A DNA stretch of 64,000 bases, taken from the NCBI GenBank assembly GCA_963805975.1, contig CAWDVR010000002.1, forward strand, positions 1 to 64,000, in the 5' to 3' direction. A model generated the notes under the pieces. It saw only the letters and a program-made list of their open reading frames with translations. It did no database searches and had not been told where the DNA came from. Of the stretch, positions 1 to 8,515 are shown piece after piece. Position numbers and translations under genes: made by a program. The first letter of the stretch is position 1. Each line of letters opens with the position of its first letter. This stretch comes from an uncultured Acidobacteriota bacterium. GTDB taxonomy: Bacteria > Acidobacteriota > Thermoanaerobaculia > Multivoradales > SZUA-115.

Positions 1-146
1 ACTCTCAACAACTGGCGTTCGGAAGGTACCGGCCCGACTTTTCATAAGCTCGGCCGCCGCACCTCTACACGCGCGCCGACCTCGACAGTTGGGTGGCGTC
101 GTGCCGGCGCCGGAGCACCAGCAGCACCGAGTGCAGGCGGGGCTGA
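1..146 (+). CDS. 3' part of an excisionase/AlpA-like HTH (HTH_17-type) DNA-binding protein, with an apparent frameshift near 62
   Basis: Frame 1 reads TLNNWRSEGTGPTFHKLGRR. After a one-base shift it continues LYTRADLDSWVASCRRRSTS...TGA (144-146), the typical wHTH excisionase pattern. The start lies outside the window. Confidence 0.6.
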
Positions 147-660
147 CGAGAGGGAAGCCCGCATACTGGCAGCCGCACGCCACCGAAGCGGTGAGACTGT
201 GAGGCAAACTGCCGGAAGGGCTCTCGGCTCCGACAGGTCGGCGAAGCTCGGCTTCCTTCCTTCGATCAAGCCCTTCCACTCGGTGCTCGATGGGTTGAAG
301 GAGGACCCGGCGCCGCTGAAGATCCGCGGCGCCGGTGAGTCTGGCAGGAGGGCCATCCTCACTTCCTCGAAACGCGTTACTCCAGGACGCTGGAAGAGAA
401 GGCACCGGACCACAAAGGGCGCCGGGAACCTCTCCGAGCTAGTGAGCCTCCTGGGGGTCCCGAGTTCCACCTGGCAAGCGGCCCGTGAGCTTGCGACCCG
501 GGGAGTTTTCGTGAAAGCGAAAACACAGCTCGGTGTAGAAGATGCCGTAACTGATGATGAGGAAAGAGGATGGGGGCTGCGCGATGCTGAGCACCACCGC
601 GACAGCGTCCGTCGGGTTAATGCTGGCCAACTCGCTGTCGCGGAGAACCAAGATGCACTA

Positions 661-667
661 GTTAGGC
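661..667 (+). other. Left recombination site (GTTAGGC core) of the cassette array; attI-like or secondary site
   Basis: GTTAGGCGTCTGGGTCA (661-677) is the near-perfect reverse complement of TGACCAGACGCCTAAC (1511-1526), the R'' end of the first cassette. No attC hairpin precedes it. Confidence 0.65.
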
Positions 668-698
668 GTCTGGGTCATCCATATCGGTAACCAAGGCG

Positions 699-860
699 AT
701 GACGAAGAAGGCAGGAGAACTGCTCCGCCAAGCCCTCGACTTCAGCGAGGCGGATCGAGCCGAGCTGGCTACGTACTCCTTTGAGGCTGAAAGACCCCTT
801 TCCGTTCCCCCGGACTTGCCACACCCTCGCCACGATTCTGGGCGATGCTCCGGAACATGA
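699..860 (+). pseudogene. Remnant of a putative addiction-module antitoxin component (TIGR02574-like N-terminus)
   Basis: MTKKAGELLRQALDFSEADRAELA resembles the family N-terminus; the rest of the ORF shows no similarity. Confidence 0.3.
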
Positions 861-1525
861 AGCTCTTTCTGGGGTTCGCCGCGCTCTTCGCGCTCATCCT
901 ATTCTTCACGCTCCATTGGAGCTCGGAGGAGCGGCTTGGCACCCACACAGTGGACAAGCCTCGGAGGCCGTCATTCGCGGTTAGAGTGGGTCAAGGCCCC
1001 CCTCGACCGGCCGCTCCTTGGGCTCTTCCCCGAAAAGTGGCTCACGAAATGGACCCAAGTCCCGGCGAGCTGAGCTTCGATCATTCGAGCCCTGGCGCCA
1101 GCGGAAGTGTCGGCCCGTCTCACGCCTCGAGTTGCACGCGGAAGGCTGGCATCTCCTCCTCGAACTCGACCGCGATGGCCGCGTCACTCCCGAGACAGCC
1201 CTCGTGCTCCCGATGAACCATGCGGGGCGACGCCGGGCGCTTCATTGCCGTCCGTCGCGACAGGCTCGGTGCCGATCTCCGTGCCACCCCTGCCGACGTC
1301 CCCGGCGCGTTCGACGGTGCGCCTTCCGCTTTCAGCTCTCCGCTGTCGAGGTCGCCGCGACGGGAGAAGCCATCGATTGGCCGGTGGCGCCGATGACCGT
1401 CACCGGGAACTTCACGGCGCTGCCGGCAGTGAGCACCGGCGGCGAGCGCCGTCCCCGTCGGGATCCGCCGGAACCGGGATTTGTCGCTCCAGCAGACCTC
1501 AGACCCTTCGTGACCAGACGCCTAA
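857..1525 (+). pseudogene. Cassette 1 ORF: secreted/membrane-anchored hypothetical protein split by frameshift(s)
   Basis: Hydrophobic N-terminus MKLFLGFAALFALILFF (ORF 845-1216). Protein-like sequence continues in ORF 1018-1653 (RLELHAEGWHLLLELD...FRFQLSAVEV) up to the attC. Confidence 0.35.
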
Positions 1526-1596
1526 CCCCCTCGTTGCAGCGGACACCACCGGGCATTCACCCGGGCGGTGCCGCTGAAACTCATACACCGTTAGAT
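1520..1596 (+). other. Integron attC site 1 (R' box interrupted by the IS)
   Basis: R'' GCCTAAC (1520-1526), inner arms TTGCAGCGG/CCGCTGAA, R' GTTAG (1590-1594) followed by AT from the IS. Confidence 0.85.
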
Positions 1597-1739
1597 CCTA
1601 TGCGTGGTCCGGGCGGTAGGTGGATCGGAAGGAGCACGGGTCGTCCCGAGTAAGCTTCCTTTGAGACCGAGCAAAGGGAGGAGCTGAGCTCTCAGACGAC
1701 CCGTGGTAAGGGGTATAGCGCAGAAGGGCCCCTCGGACG

Positions 1740-2829
1740 GTGTATCTGGCTTTCGAGCTGGGCAACACGGAGTGGAAGCTGGCGTTCACGGTGGGGCTGG
1801 GGCAGAAGCCTCGAGAGCGGACGATTCCGGCTGGTGAGGTTGGACGGCTGGCGGAGGATCGAGCGGGCGAAGCAGCGGTTTGGCCTGGCCAGTTCGGCCC
1901 GAGTGGTGAGCTGTTACGAGGCGGGGCGAGACGGGTTCTGGTTGCATCGGTTCCTGGGCGAGGTGGGGGTGGAGAGCCTGATCGTGGATTCCTCGAGCAT
2001 CGAAGTGCAGCGTCGAGGTCGGCGAGTGAAGACCGACCGACTCGATGCACGCAAGCTGGTGACGATGCTGATCCGCTACGACGGGGGTGAGCGCAAGGTG
2101 TGGAGCGTAGTGCGGGTGCCGGCATTGGAGGAAGAAGAGAATCGGCAGCTTCACAGGGAGCTGGGAGAGCTGAAACGCGAGCGGACGCGCCTGACGAACC
2201 GGATCAAGGGCTTACTCGTGGGCCAGGGGATACGGATCGAGCTGAAGAGGGACTTCGTCGAGCGTCTTGGAGCGGCGCAGATGTGGGATAGCAGCCCTGT
2301 GCCGGCGGCGCTGCGCTGCCGGCTACTGCGGGAGTGGGAGCGCGTGGAGCTGATCAACCGACAGATTCGGGAGCTGGAAGACGATCGCGAGGAGCTGGTG
2401 CGGGAGTGGGACAGCCCGGAGGTCGAGAAGGTGCGCAGGCTGATGCAGCTACGCGGGATCGGGATCAACTTCTCCTGGCTTCTGGTCATGGAGTTCTTCG
2501 GGTGGCGACGGTTCCGCAACCGGCGTCAGGTGGGGTCTCTCGCGGGCCTGGTGCCGACGCCGTACCAGAGCGGCGCCAGCAGCAGGGAGGCAGGCATCAG
2601 CAAGGCAGGCAACGTGTGGGTGCGAGCGGTGGCCATTGAGATGGCCTGGGCCTGGTTGCGATTCCAGCCCCGCAGTGAGCTGGCAAGGTGGTACCGAGAG
2701 CGCTACGCTCAGGGCGGCAGTCGGATGCGACGGATCGGGATCGTCGCAGTGGCTCGCAAACTCTTGGTGGACCTCTGGCGGTACCTGGACTGGGGCGTGA
2801 TCCCAGCCGGCGCTGCCCTGAAGGCGTAG
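1740..2829 (+). CDS. IS110-family DEDD transposase/recombinase (frameshift near 1857; true start probably near 1685)
   Basis: YLAFELG, SCYEAGRDG and KTDRLDA RuvC-like motifs; C-terminal GLVPTPYQSG...ISKAGN. The two ORFs (1740-2090, 1834-2829) join if one base is restored. Confidence 0.9.
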
Positions 2830-2858
2830 CAGAGTCGGAGTATTGATGAGAGCTGACG

Positions 2859-3036
2859 CTGGTGGAGGTGCCCGTTGTGCCGCCGGGTCTTCGAGTGAGG
2901 ACCGAACGTTAGATGGGGCCACCCCGAGAGGGCTTCACCAGTTCGCCGAAGTCGAATGCAGGATTAGGTGCTCGGCCGAAATGAGCCGACACGGATAGAA
3001 GGTTGCTCAGGCGCAGTGACGCCTGACCCTCGGCGA
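2859..3036 (+). ncRNA. Predicted bridge/seek RNA of the IS (target-binding loop plus donor-binding loop)
   Basis: Stems CTGGTGGAG/CTTCACCAG, GGTCTTC/GAGGACC, TCGCCGA/TCGGCGA and GTG-C-TCGGC/GCCGA-CAC. The loops carry TGCCGCC and AACGTTAG (target) and AGGATT and ATAGAAG (donor). Confidence 0.75.
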
Positions 3037-3069
3037 GGCCCACAGCGACGGCTTGGAGTTGAAAACGAA

Positions 3070-3103
3070 AGCGGGGATCAGTCCGGATCCGGAGATCCCC
3101 GCT
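3070..3103 (+). terminator. GC-rich hairpin in the IS right end
   Basis: AGCGGGGATC...GATCCCCGCT 10-bp inverted repeat; no clear U-tract. Confidence 0.35.
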
Positions 3104-3184
3104 CGAACCGAGAAGCTTGACGGGAACGGCCTACATAGAAGGCGCGCCTCGGAAGGACTTCGGAGAAGCGTCAGGAGATCAAGA

Positions 3185-3849
3185 ATGAAGGATCTCTCCA
3201 TTGATTTCGGCCTTCTGATTGCGTACTTCATCCCGGGTCTCTTAGGGCTTCGAGCGCTCGCCTATCTTCCACCCAGGCCGCTTGACTCGGTGTTGGCGGC
3301 CTCAGGAACAGAATCCGCTACTGGCATTCTCCTCCAAATCGCCTTTTCTCTGCTGCTCGGCATGGTTATCAGCATCCTCCGCGCCACGCTTCTCGACAGA
3401 ACGTTTGGGCTAAGTATGCGACGTCTGCCGTTCATCCCTGACAAACCTCCGTACGCGGCTGTCAAGCGCGCCGAACCAAAGTATGAGCGTATGCGCGACG
3501 AGGGAATCCTCAACGCCTCCGCGAAGCCCAGCTGCAGGAAAAGAGGCCTTACCAGTTCTATGGAAACTCCCTCCTTTCCTCGGCCCTGCTGGTAGTCTGC
3601 CGGTCATTCACCCACACTGACCGTGCACTTGATGGGGAGCTGCTTTGGCTTCCTCTCCTGATGATCGGCTGGGGGTCACTCTACGTAGGGGCTCGCACTT
3701 CCCACGCCCGCTACATGAATGCCGTGGAGAAAGCTGAAGGCTCTACCACCCTGAGAGCAAGCCTAACGCGGCCAGTGGTGCGGCCCTCGCCTACGGCGTC
3801 GCCGCTCACCGGCAGCAACGTTAGACGCCGGAGGAAATGCGCAACGTGA
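3185..3849 (+). CDS. Cassette 2 membrane protein (about 4 TM), with an apparent frameshift near 3517
   Basis: MKDLSIDFGLLIAYFIPG... joins, after a one-base shift, to REAQLQEKRPYQFYGNSLL...LLMIGWGSLYVG. It lies between two attC sites; the 3' end is uncertain because the frame runs through the attC. Confidence 0.6.
3761..3826 (+). other. Integron attC site 2
   Basis: R'' GCCTAAC (3761-3767), imperfect palindrome GCCAGTGGTGCGGC/GCCGCTCACCGGC, R' GTTAGAC (3820-3826). Confidence 0.85.
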
Positions 3850-3962
3850 ATGAGGATATCAGCTTCGACCTCTTCCTCAGCCACAGCGCGAAGGACAAGA
3901 CGGTGGTGGGGCCGCTGGCGGAGAGATTGCGGGCCAATAGCCAGAGGAGTTTCCTGCGATGA
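3837..3962 (+). pseudogene. 41-aa TIR-domain (TIR_2-type) N-terminal stub
   Basis: RBS GGAGG, then MRNVNEDISFDLFLSHSAKDKTVVGPLAERLR (TIR box 1). Its TGA overlaps the ATG of the NACHT gene (ATGA). Confidence 0.7.
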
Positions 3963-6900
3963 AACCCACGCCGAACCCGCTCAGTCAATATCATGTGTTC
4001 CTTGCCTCGCCCGGTGACGTGGGGACGGAACGGCAGTACGTGCGAAGGTTCTTCGATGAATACAACCGCCACACCGCCCATATTTGGCGTGCCCGGTTTG
4101 AGGTTGTGGACTGGGAGAACTACGCGACCATCGGCGTTGGCCGGCCCCAGGAACTGATCACGCAGCAAACTTTGGAGAAGTACCGGAAGTCGTTGGCGTT
4201 GGTCATCGGAATCATGGGCCAGCGGTTCGGCTCGCCGTCCGGCAAGGCGGAGTCGGGGACCGAGGAAGAGTTCAACTGGGCGATGGAGAGCCACAAGTCC
4301 TCGGGCTTCCCGGAGATCAAATGGTTCTTCCGCAAAGTGGACACGTTGGAGTTGCCGGCCGATCCCGACGAGGCGGACGCGGCGCTGGACCAATGGAAGA
4401 AGGTCCGCGCCTTCCGCAAGCGGATGCAGGACCTGAACAACCCGGTCTTCTACGCGGAGTATCCGAGTTCGGCCGGATTTGCCGAGGTCTTCGAGCGCGA
4501 CCTCAACCAATGGCTGGCCGATCCGGCGCGCCCGTGGGCTGCGCAATTGGCGGCCCACGTTGCGGCCACGGGCGGCTCGGCCGCAGTCGCACTGCCCGCC
4601 GAGTTCGATGCGGAACGCTACCGGGCCGCGGTGCTCAAGCAGTTCGACAAGCTCAACTTCGAGATGCTCGACACGACCGGCGCGTTCTACAGCGCTGTCC
4701 GGCTGTGGAGTGTCTTTGTCCCGCAGTCGGTGCGGGAATGCCATCAATACAACCCGCGGCTGCTGGAAATCCCCAAGGAACACCAGCGGCGGCTATTGGA
4801 CGCTGGCGAGATCACCACGAAGGAACTCGAGGAAGCCGAGCAGCAGGCGGATCGGCTGCGGCAGGAGTACTTCCACCAGCCGCTCCGTCCCGTGCTGGAT
4901 GTCGTGGATGAGGCCCTTCGTACATCGCCGGCAGGGGCCGGGCGGAAGCTGGTCATCTTGGGCGACCCTGGCTCCGGCAAGTCGTCGCTGATCCGCTATC
5001 TGGCCCTGCGCTGGGCGGGAATTGCCGAACCGACAGTTCGGGACACGCAGCCAATTCCGCTGGTGGTCGAGCCGGGCACCTACGCCCGCTGGCAGTGCGA
5101 CGGCCGCAAGGATTTCATCCGCTACCTAGAGGAAGGCCCGGTCTGGCACGGATGGCAGCGCGGCCTGCTCAGCCGGCTGCTTGAACAGCCCGGGCGGGTC
5201 GTTTTGCTGCTCGATGGGTTGGACGAAGTCTTTGACGTGCCGACGCGCGAGACGGTGATCAACGACATTCAGCGGTTCGCCAGTCAGTTTGCCAATGTAC
5301 CGGTCGTCCTCACGTCGCGCGTGGTGGGCTATCAAGCGCAGCGGTTGCGCGAGTCCGAGTTCCGGCACTTCATGTTGCAGGATTTGGACTCCACACAAAT
5401 CATCGACTTCGTGAATCGCTGGCATGGGGTGACTTTCGACGACCCGGCGCAGGCGGCTCCGAAGCGGGACCGCTTGCAGAAGGCGATCCACGAATCCAAG
5501 TCCATTGCCATGCTGGCCGGCAACCCGCTCCTCCTGACCATGATGGCCGTTCTGAACCGCAACCAGGAATTGCCGCGGGACCGGGCCGACCTGTACGCCC
5601 AGGCGTCGCGCGTGCTTCTGCACCAGTGGGACACGGAGCGCGCGCTGGAAGACTTTCCGGGGATGAGCACCGAAATCGGCCTGCGGGAGAAGACCGACAT
5701 CCTCCGCCGCCTCGCCGCACACATGCAGGCCGGTCCCGGCGGGCTAAAAGGCAACATGATTGATGGCTCGACGCTGGCCGACTTGATCGAGGAGTACCTG
5801 CAGAACGAGCTGCATTTCGCCCAAGCCCGCGCCGCGGCCCGCGCCGTTGTCGATCAGTTGCGGCAACGCAATTTCATTCTCTGCTTCGTCGGCGCGGACA
5901 GTTACGCCTTTGTGCACCGTACGTTCCTGGAGTACTTCTGCGCCGCCGATTTCGTGCATCAGTTCAACGTTGCCAAGACGCTCGACATCGACGGTCTGAT
6001 CGCCCTGTTCGACCAACACTGCCGCGACGACGAATGGCGCGAAGTCCTGCGGCTGATCTGCGGACAGATCGACGAAACTTTCGTGGGCCGGATCGTCGAA
6101 CGATTGGCCACGCAATCGCCCTTGGAACAATGGAAGGGCACGACGCCCCTTCCCGAAGTGCTTACCGCTGTAGCCTGCCTGACCGAAGCTAGAAACGTGA
6201 TCAAGATAGAGGCCGCTTGTCGGTCCGTAATATGGCGAGTGGCCTCTGCTACGACGCGGCCAGGTACGGTCGAATATACAAGGCGTTTCTTTCAAGAGGT
6301 AATTGACTTAGCTGCCGAGATCCCCTCATGCAGCCAGATATTCGCGAGTCTCGAGCCGCAGCTCTTATCGCTCAGATCGGCGTTCAAGGACGAAATTAAC
6401 TATCGGACTCCGTTCTACCCCAGACTACTCGCCAGTGTTGGTGCCAATCGTCGAACGATAGAGCGATTCGCTGGCGACCCCAAAGAAGGAATTCGTGAAG
6501 GCGCCCTTATAGCGTTGGCGGAGAAGTGGCCGGACCAGACCACCCGCGACCTGCTCGCCCAGCGCGCCGTCCAGGATGACAACTACCAACCCCGCAGCGC
6601 CGCGCTGCAGGCGTTGGCGGAGAAGTGGCCGGACCAGACCACCCGCGACCTGCTCGCCCAGCGCGCCGTCCAGGATGACAACTACCAACCCCGCAGCGCC
6701 GCGCTGCAGGCGTTGGCGGAGAAGTGGCCGGACCAGACCACCCGCGACCTGCTCGCCCAGCGCGCCGTCCAGGATGACAACTACCAACCCCGCAGCGCCG
6801 CGCTGCAGGCGTTGGCGGAGAAGTGGCCGGACCAGACCACCTGCGACCTGCTCGCCCAGCGCGCCGTCCAGGATGACAACTACCAACCCCGCAGCGCCGC

Positions 6901-8344
6901 GCTGCAGGCGTTGGCGAAGAAGTGGCCGGACCAGACCACCCGCGACCTGCTCGCCCAGCGTGCGGTCCAGGATGACAACGAGTACACCCGCAGCGCCGCG
7001 CTGCAGGCGTTGGCGAAGAAGTGGCCGGACCAGACCACCCGCGACCTGCTCGCCCAGCGCGCCGTCGAGGATGACAACGCGGGCCCCCGCCGCGACGCGC
7101 TGCAGGCATTGGCGGCGAAGTGGCCGGACCAGACCACCCGCGACCTGCTCGCCCAGCGTGCCGTCCAGGATGACAACGAGGACACCCGCAGCGCCGCGCT
7201 GCAGGCGTTGGCGGAGAAGTGGCCGGACCAGACCACCCGCGACCTGCTCGTCCAGCGCGCCGTCCAGGATGACAACGAGGACACCCGCAGCGCCGCGCTG
7301 CAGGCGTTGGCGGAGAAGTGGCCGGACCAGACCACCTGCGACCTGCTCGCCCAGCGCGCCGTCCAGGATGACAACTACCAACCCCGCAGCGCCGCGCTGC
7401 AGGCGTTGGCGAAGAAGTGGCCGGACCAGACCACCCGCGACCTGCTCGCCCAGCGTGCCGTCCAGGATGACGACTACCAACCCCGCAGCGCCGCGCTGCA
7501 GGCGTTGGCGAAGAAGTGGCCGGACCAGACCACCCGCGACCTGCTCGCCCAGCGCGCCGTCGAGGATGACAACGCGGGCCCCCGCAGCGCCGCGCTGCAG
7601 GCATTGGCGGCGAAGTGGCCGGACCAGACCACCCGCGACCTGCTCGCCCAGCGTGCCGTCCAGGATGACGACGCGGACAACCGCCGCGACGCGCTGCAGG
7701 CGTTGGCGGAGAAGTGGCCGGACCAGACCACCCGCGACCTGCTCGTCCAGCGCGCCGTCCAGGATGACAACGAGGACACCCGCAGCGCCGCGCTGCAGGC
7801 GTTGGCGGAGAAGTGGCCGGACCAGACCACCCGCGACCTGCTCGCCCAGCGCGCCGTCCAGGATGACAACGAGGACACCCGCAGCGCCGCGCTACAGGCG
7901 TTGGTGGCGAAGTGGCCGGACCAGACCACCCGCGACCTGCTCGCCGAGCACGCCGTCCAGGATGACAACGCGGACAACCGCCGCGCCGCGCTGCAGGCGT
8001 TGGCGGAGAAGTGGCCGGACCAGATCACCCGCGGCCTGCTCGCCCAGCGCGCCGTTGAAGCACCGGATATGTCGGAACGCGGTGCCGCCTGTTCCGCCCT
8101 GGGCAAGATGCACTCCGAGTTCGGCCGCATCCTGCCGACGCGAGACTTCGACGGCGTCGGGCCGTATCTCGATCCCCTCGAACCGATTCCACGCCAGCAC
8201 ATCGAGAAGGCAGCAGCGAAGGTTGGTATCCGTCCCGACGAGATCGACGCCCACGTCGCCGCGCTGTCGGCTTACTTGGGGTGGGAGGTCATGAGCGGGG
8301 CGAAGACCGATCGACCAAAGCCTGGCCACAAGCGGCGCAATTGA
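3959..8344 (+). CDS. NLR-like protein: DUF4062/TIR-like N-terminal domain + NACHT NTPase + HEAT-like repeats
   Basis: VFLASPGDV...GQRFGSPSG...SGTEEEF (DUF4062-like); Walker A GDPGSGKS; Walker B LLLDGLDE; GNPLLL; FVHRTFLEYF; C-terminal 33-aa helical repeats. Confidence 0.9.
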   Translation: MKPTPNPLSQYHVFLASPGDVGTERQYVRRFFDEYNRHTAHIWRARFEVVDWENYATIGVGRPQELITQQTLEKYRKSLALVIGIMGQRFGSPSGKAESGTEEEFNWAMESHKSSGFPEIKWFFRKVDTLELPADPDEADAALDQWKKVRAFRKRMQDLNNPVFYAEYPSSAGFAEVFERDLNQWLADPARPWAAQLAAHVAATGGSAAVALPAEFDAERYRAAVLKQFDKLNFEMLDTTGAFYSAVRLWSVFVPQSVRECHQYNPRLLEIPKEHQRRLLDAGEITTKELEEAEQQADRLRQEYFHQPLRPVLDVVDEALRTSPAGAGRKLVILGDPGSGKSSLIRYLALRWAGIAEPTVRDTQPIPLVVEPGTYARWQCDGRKDFIRYLEEGPVWHGWQRGLLSRLLEQPGRVVLLLDGLDEVFDVPTRETVINDIQRFASQFANVPVVLTSRVVGYQAQRLRESEFRHFMLQDLDSTQIIDFVNRWHGVTFDDPAQAAPKRDRLQKAIHESKSIAMLAGNPLLLTMMAVLNRNQELPRDRADLYAQASRVLLHQWDTERALEDFPGMSTEIGLREKTDILRRLAAHMQAGPGGLKGNMIDGSTLADLIEEYLQNELHFAQARAAARAVVDQLRQRNFILCFVGADSYAFVHRTFLEYFCAADFVHQFNVAKTLDIDGLIALFDQHCRDDEWREVLRLICGQIDETFVGRIVERLATQSPLEQWKGTTPLPEVLTAVACLTEARNVIKIEAACRSVIWRVASATTRPGTVEYTRRFFQEVIDLAAEIPSCSQIFASLEPQLLSLRSAFKDEINYRTPFYPRLLASVGANRRTIERFAGDPKEGIREGALIALAEKWPDQTTRDLLAQRAVQDDNYQPRSAALQALAEKWPDQTTRDLLAQRAVQDDNYQPRSAALQALAEKWPDQTTRDLLAQRAVQDDNYQPRSAALQALAEKWPDQTTCDLLAQRAVQDDNYQPRSAALQALAKKWPDQTTRDLLAQRAVQDDNEYTRSAALQALAKKWPDQTTRDLLAQRAVEDDNAGPRRDALQALAAKWPDQTTRDLLAQRAVQDDNEDTRSAALQALAEKWPDQTTRDLLVQRAVQDDNEDTRSAALQALAEKWPDQTTCDLLAQRAVQDDNYQPRSAALQALAKKWPDQTTRDLLAQRAVQDDDYQPRSAALQALAKKWPDQTTRDLLAQRAVEDDNAGPRSAALQALAAKWPDQTTRDLLAQRAVQDDDADNRRDALQALAEKWPDQTTRDLLVQRAVQDDNEDTRSAALQALAEKWPDQTTRDLLAQRAVQDDNEDTRSAALQALVAKWPDQTTRDLLAEHAVQDDNADNRRAALQALAEKWPDQITRGLLAQRAVEAPDMSERGAACSALGKMHSEFGRILPTRDFDGVGPYLDPLEPIPRQHIEKAAAKVGIRPDEIDAHVAALSAYLGWEVMSGAKTDRPKPGHKRRN
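6503..8056 (+). repeat. 99-bp coding tandem repeat, 15 full units plus 1 partial
   Basis: Unit ALQALAEKWPDQTTRDLLAQRAVQDDNxxxRSA; units start every 99 bp from 6503, with unit 16 at 7988. Confidence 0.97.
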
Positions 8345-8515
8345 TGGGCACCATGTGGTCGACGAGAGGCATGACTCTGGCGGGGGACGCCGGGATGATG
8401 GAGGCCAGGATCTTGAAGCACGACTTGGCGCACGAACCCTCGGTGCAGGAGTTCGCGCGCGGCGCCCGCAAGACACACCTCTTGCGGGCGATCGGTTAGT
8501 CGTGCGCACATCGGC

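Larger units (their letters stand above)
1595..3141 (+). mobile_element. IS110-family (IS1111-like, long right non-coding end) insertion sequence in the attC R' box
   Basis: AG core present on both sides (1593-1594 and 3140-3141); removing the element restores GTTAGGC. It contains a DEDD transposase, about 310 bp of structured right end, and short CTATG/CATAG subterminal inverted repeats. Confidence 0.85.

Noticed and set aside
199-690. ORF 199-690 and the opposite-strand ORFs as an integron integrase
   Set aside because: No tyrosine-recombinase motifs in any frame I could read; coding status is unclear.
3117-3141. Circle-junction promoter from TTGACG at the IS right end
   Set aside because: The -35 is good, but the predicted junction gives no canonical -10 at 16-18 bp.
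6503-8056. CRISPR array or TAL effector
   Set aside because: The repeats are in-frame coding units with no unique spacers and no cas genes nearby. The sequence is HEAT-like, not the TALE LTPxQVVAIAS consensus.
8344-8499. Small ORF after the NLR gene inside cassette 3
   Set aside because: About 50 codons with no recognisable motif.
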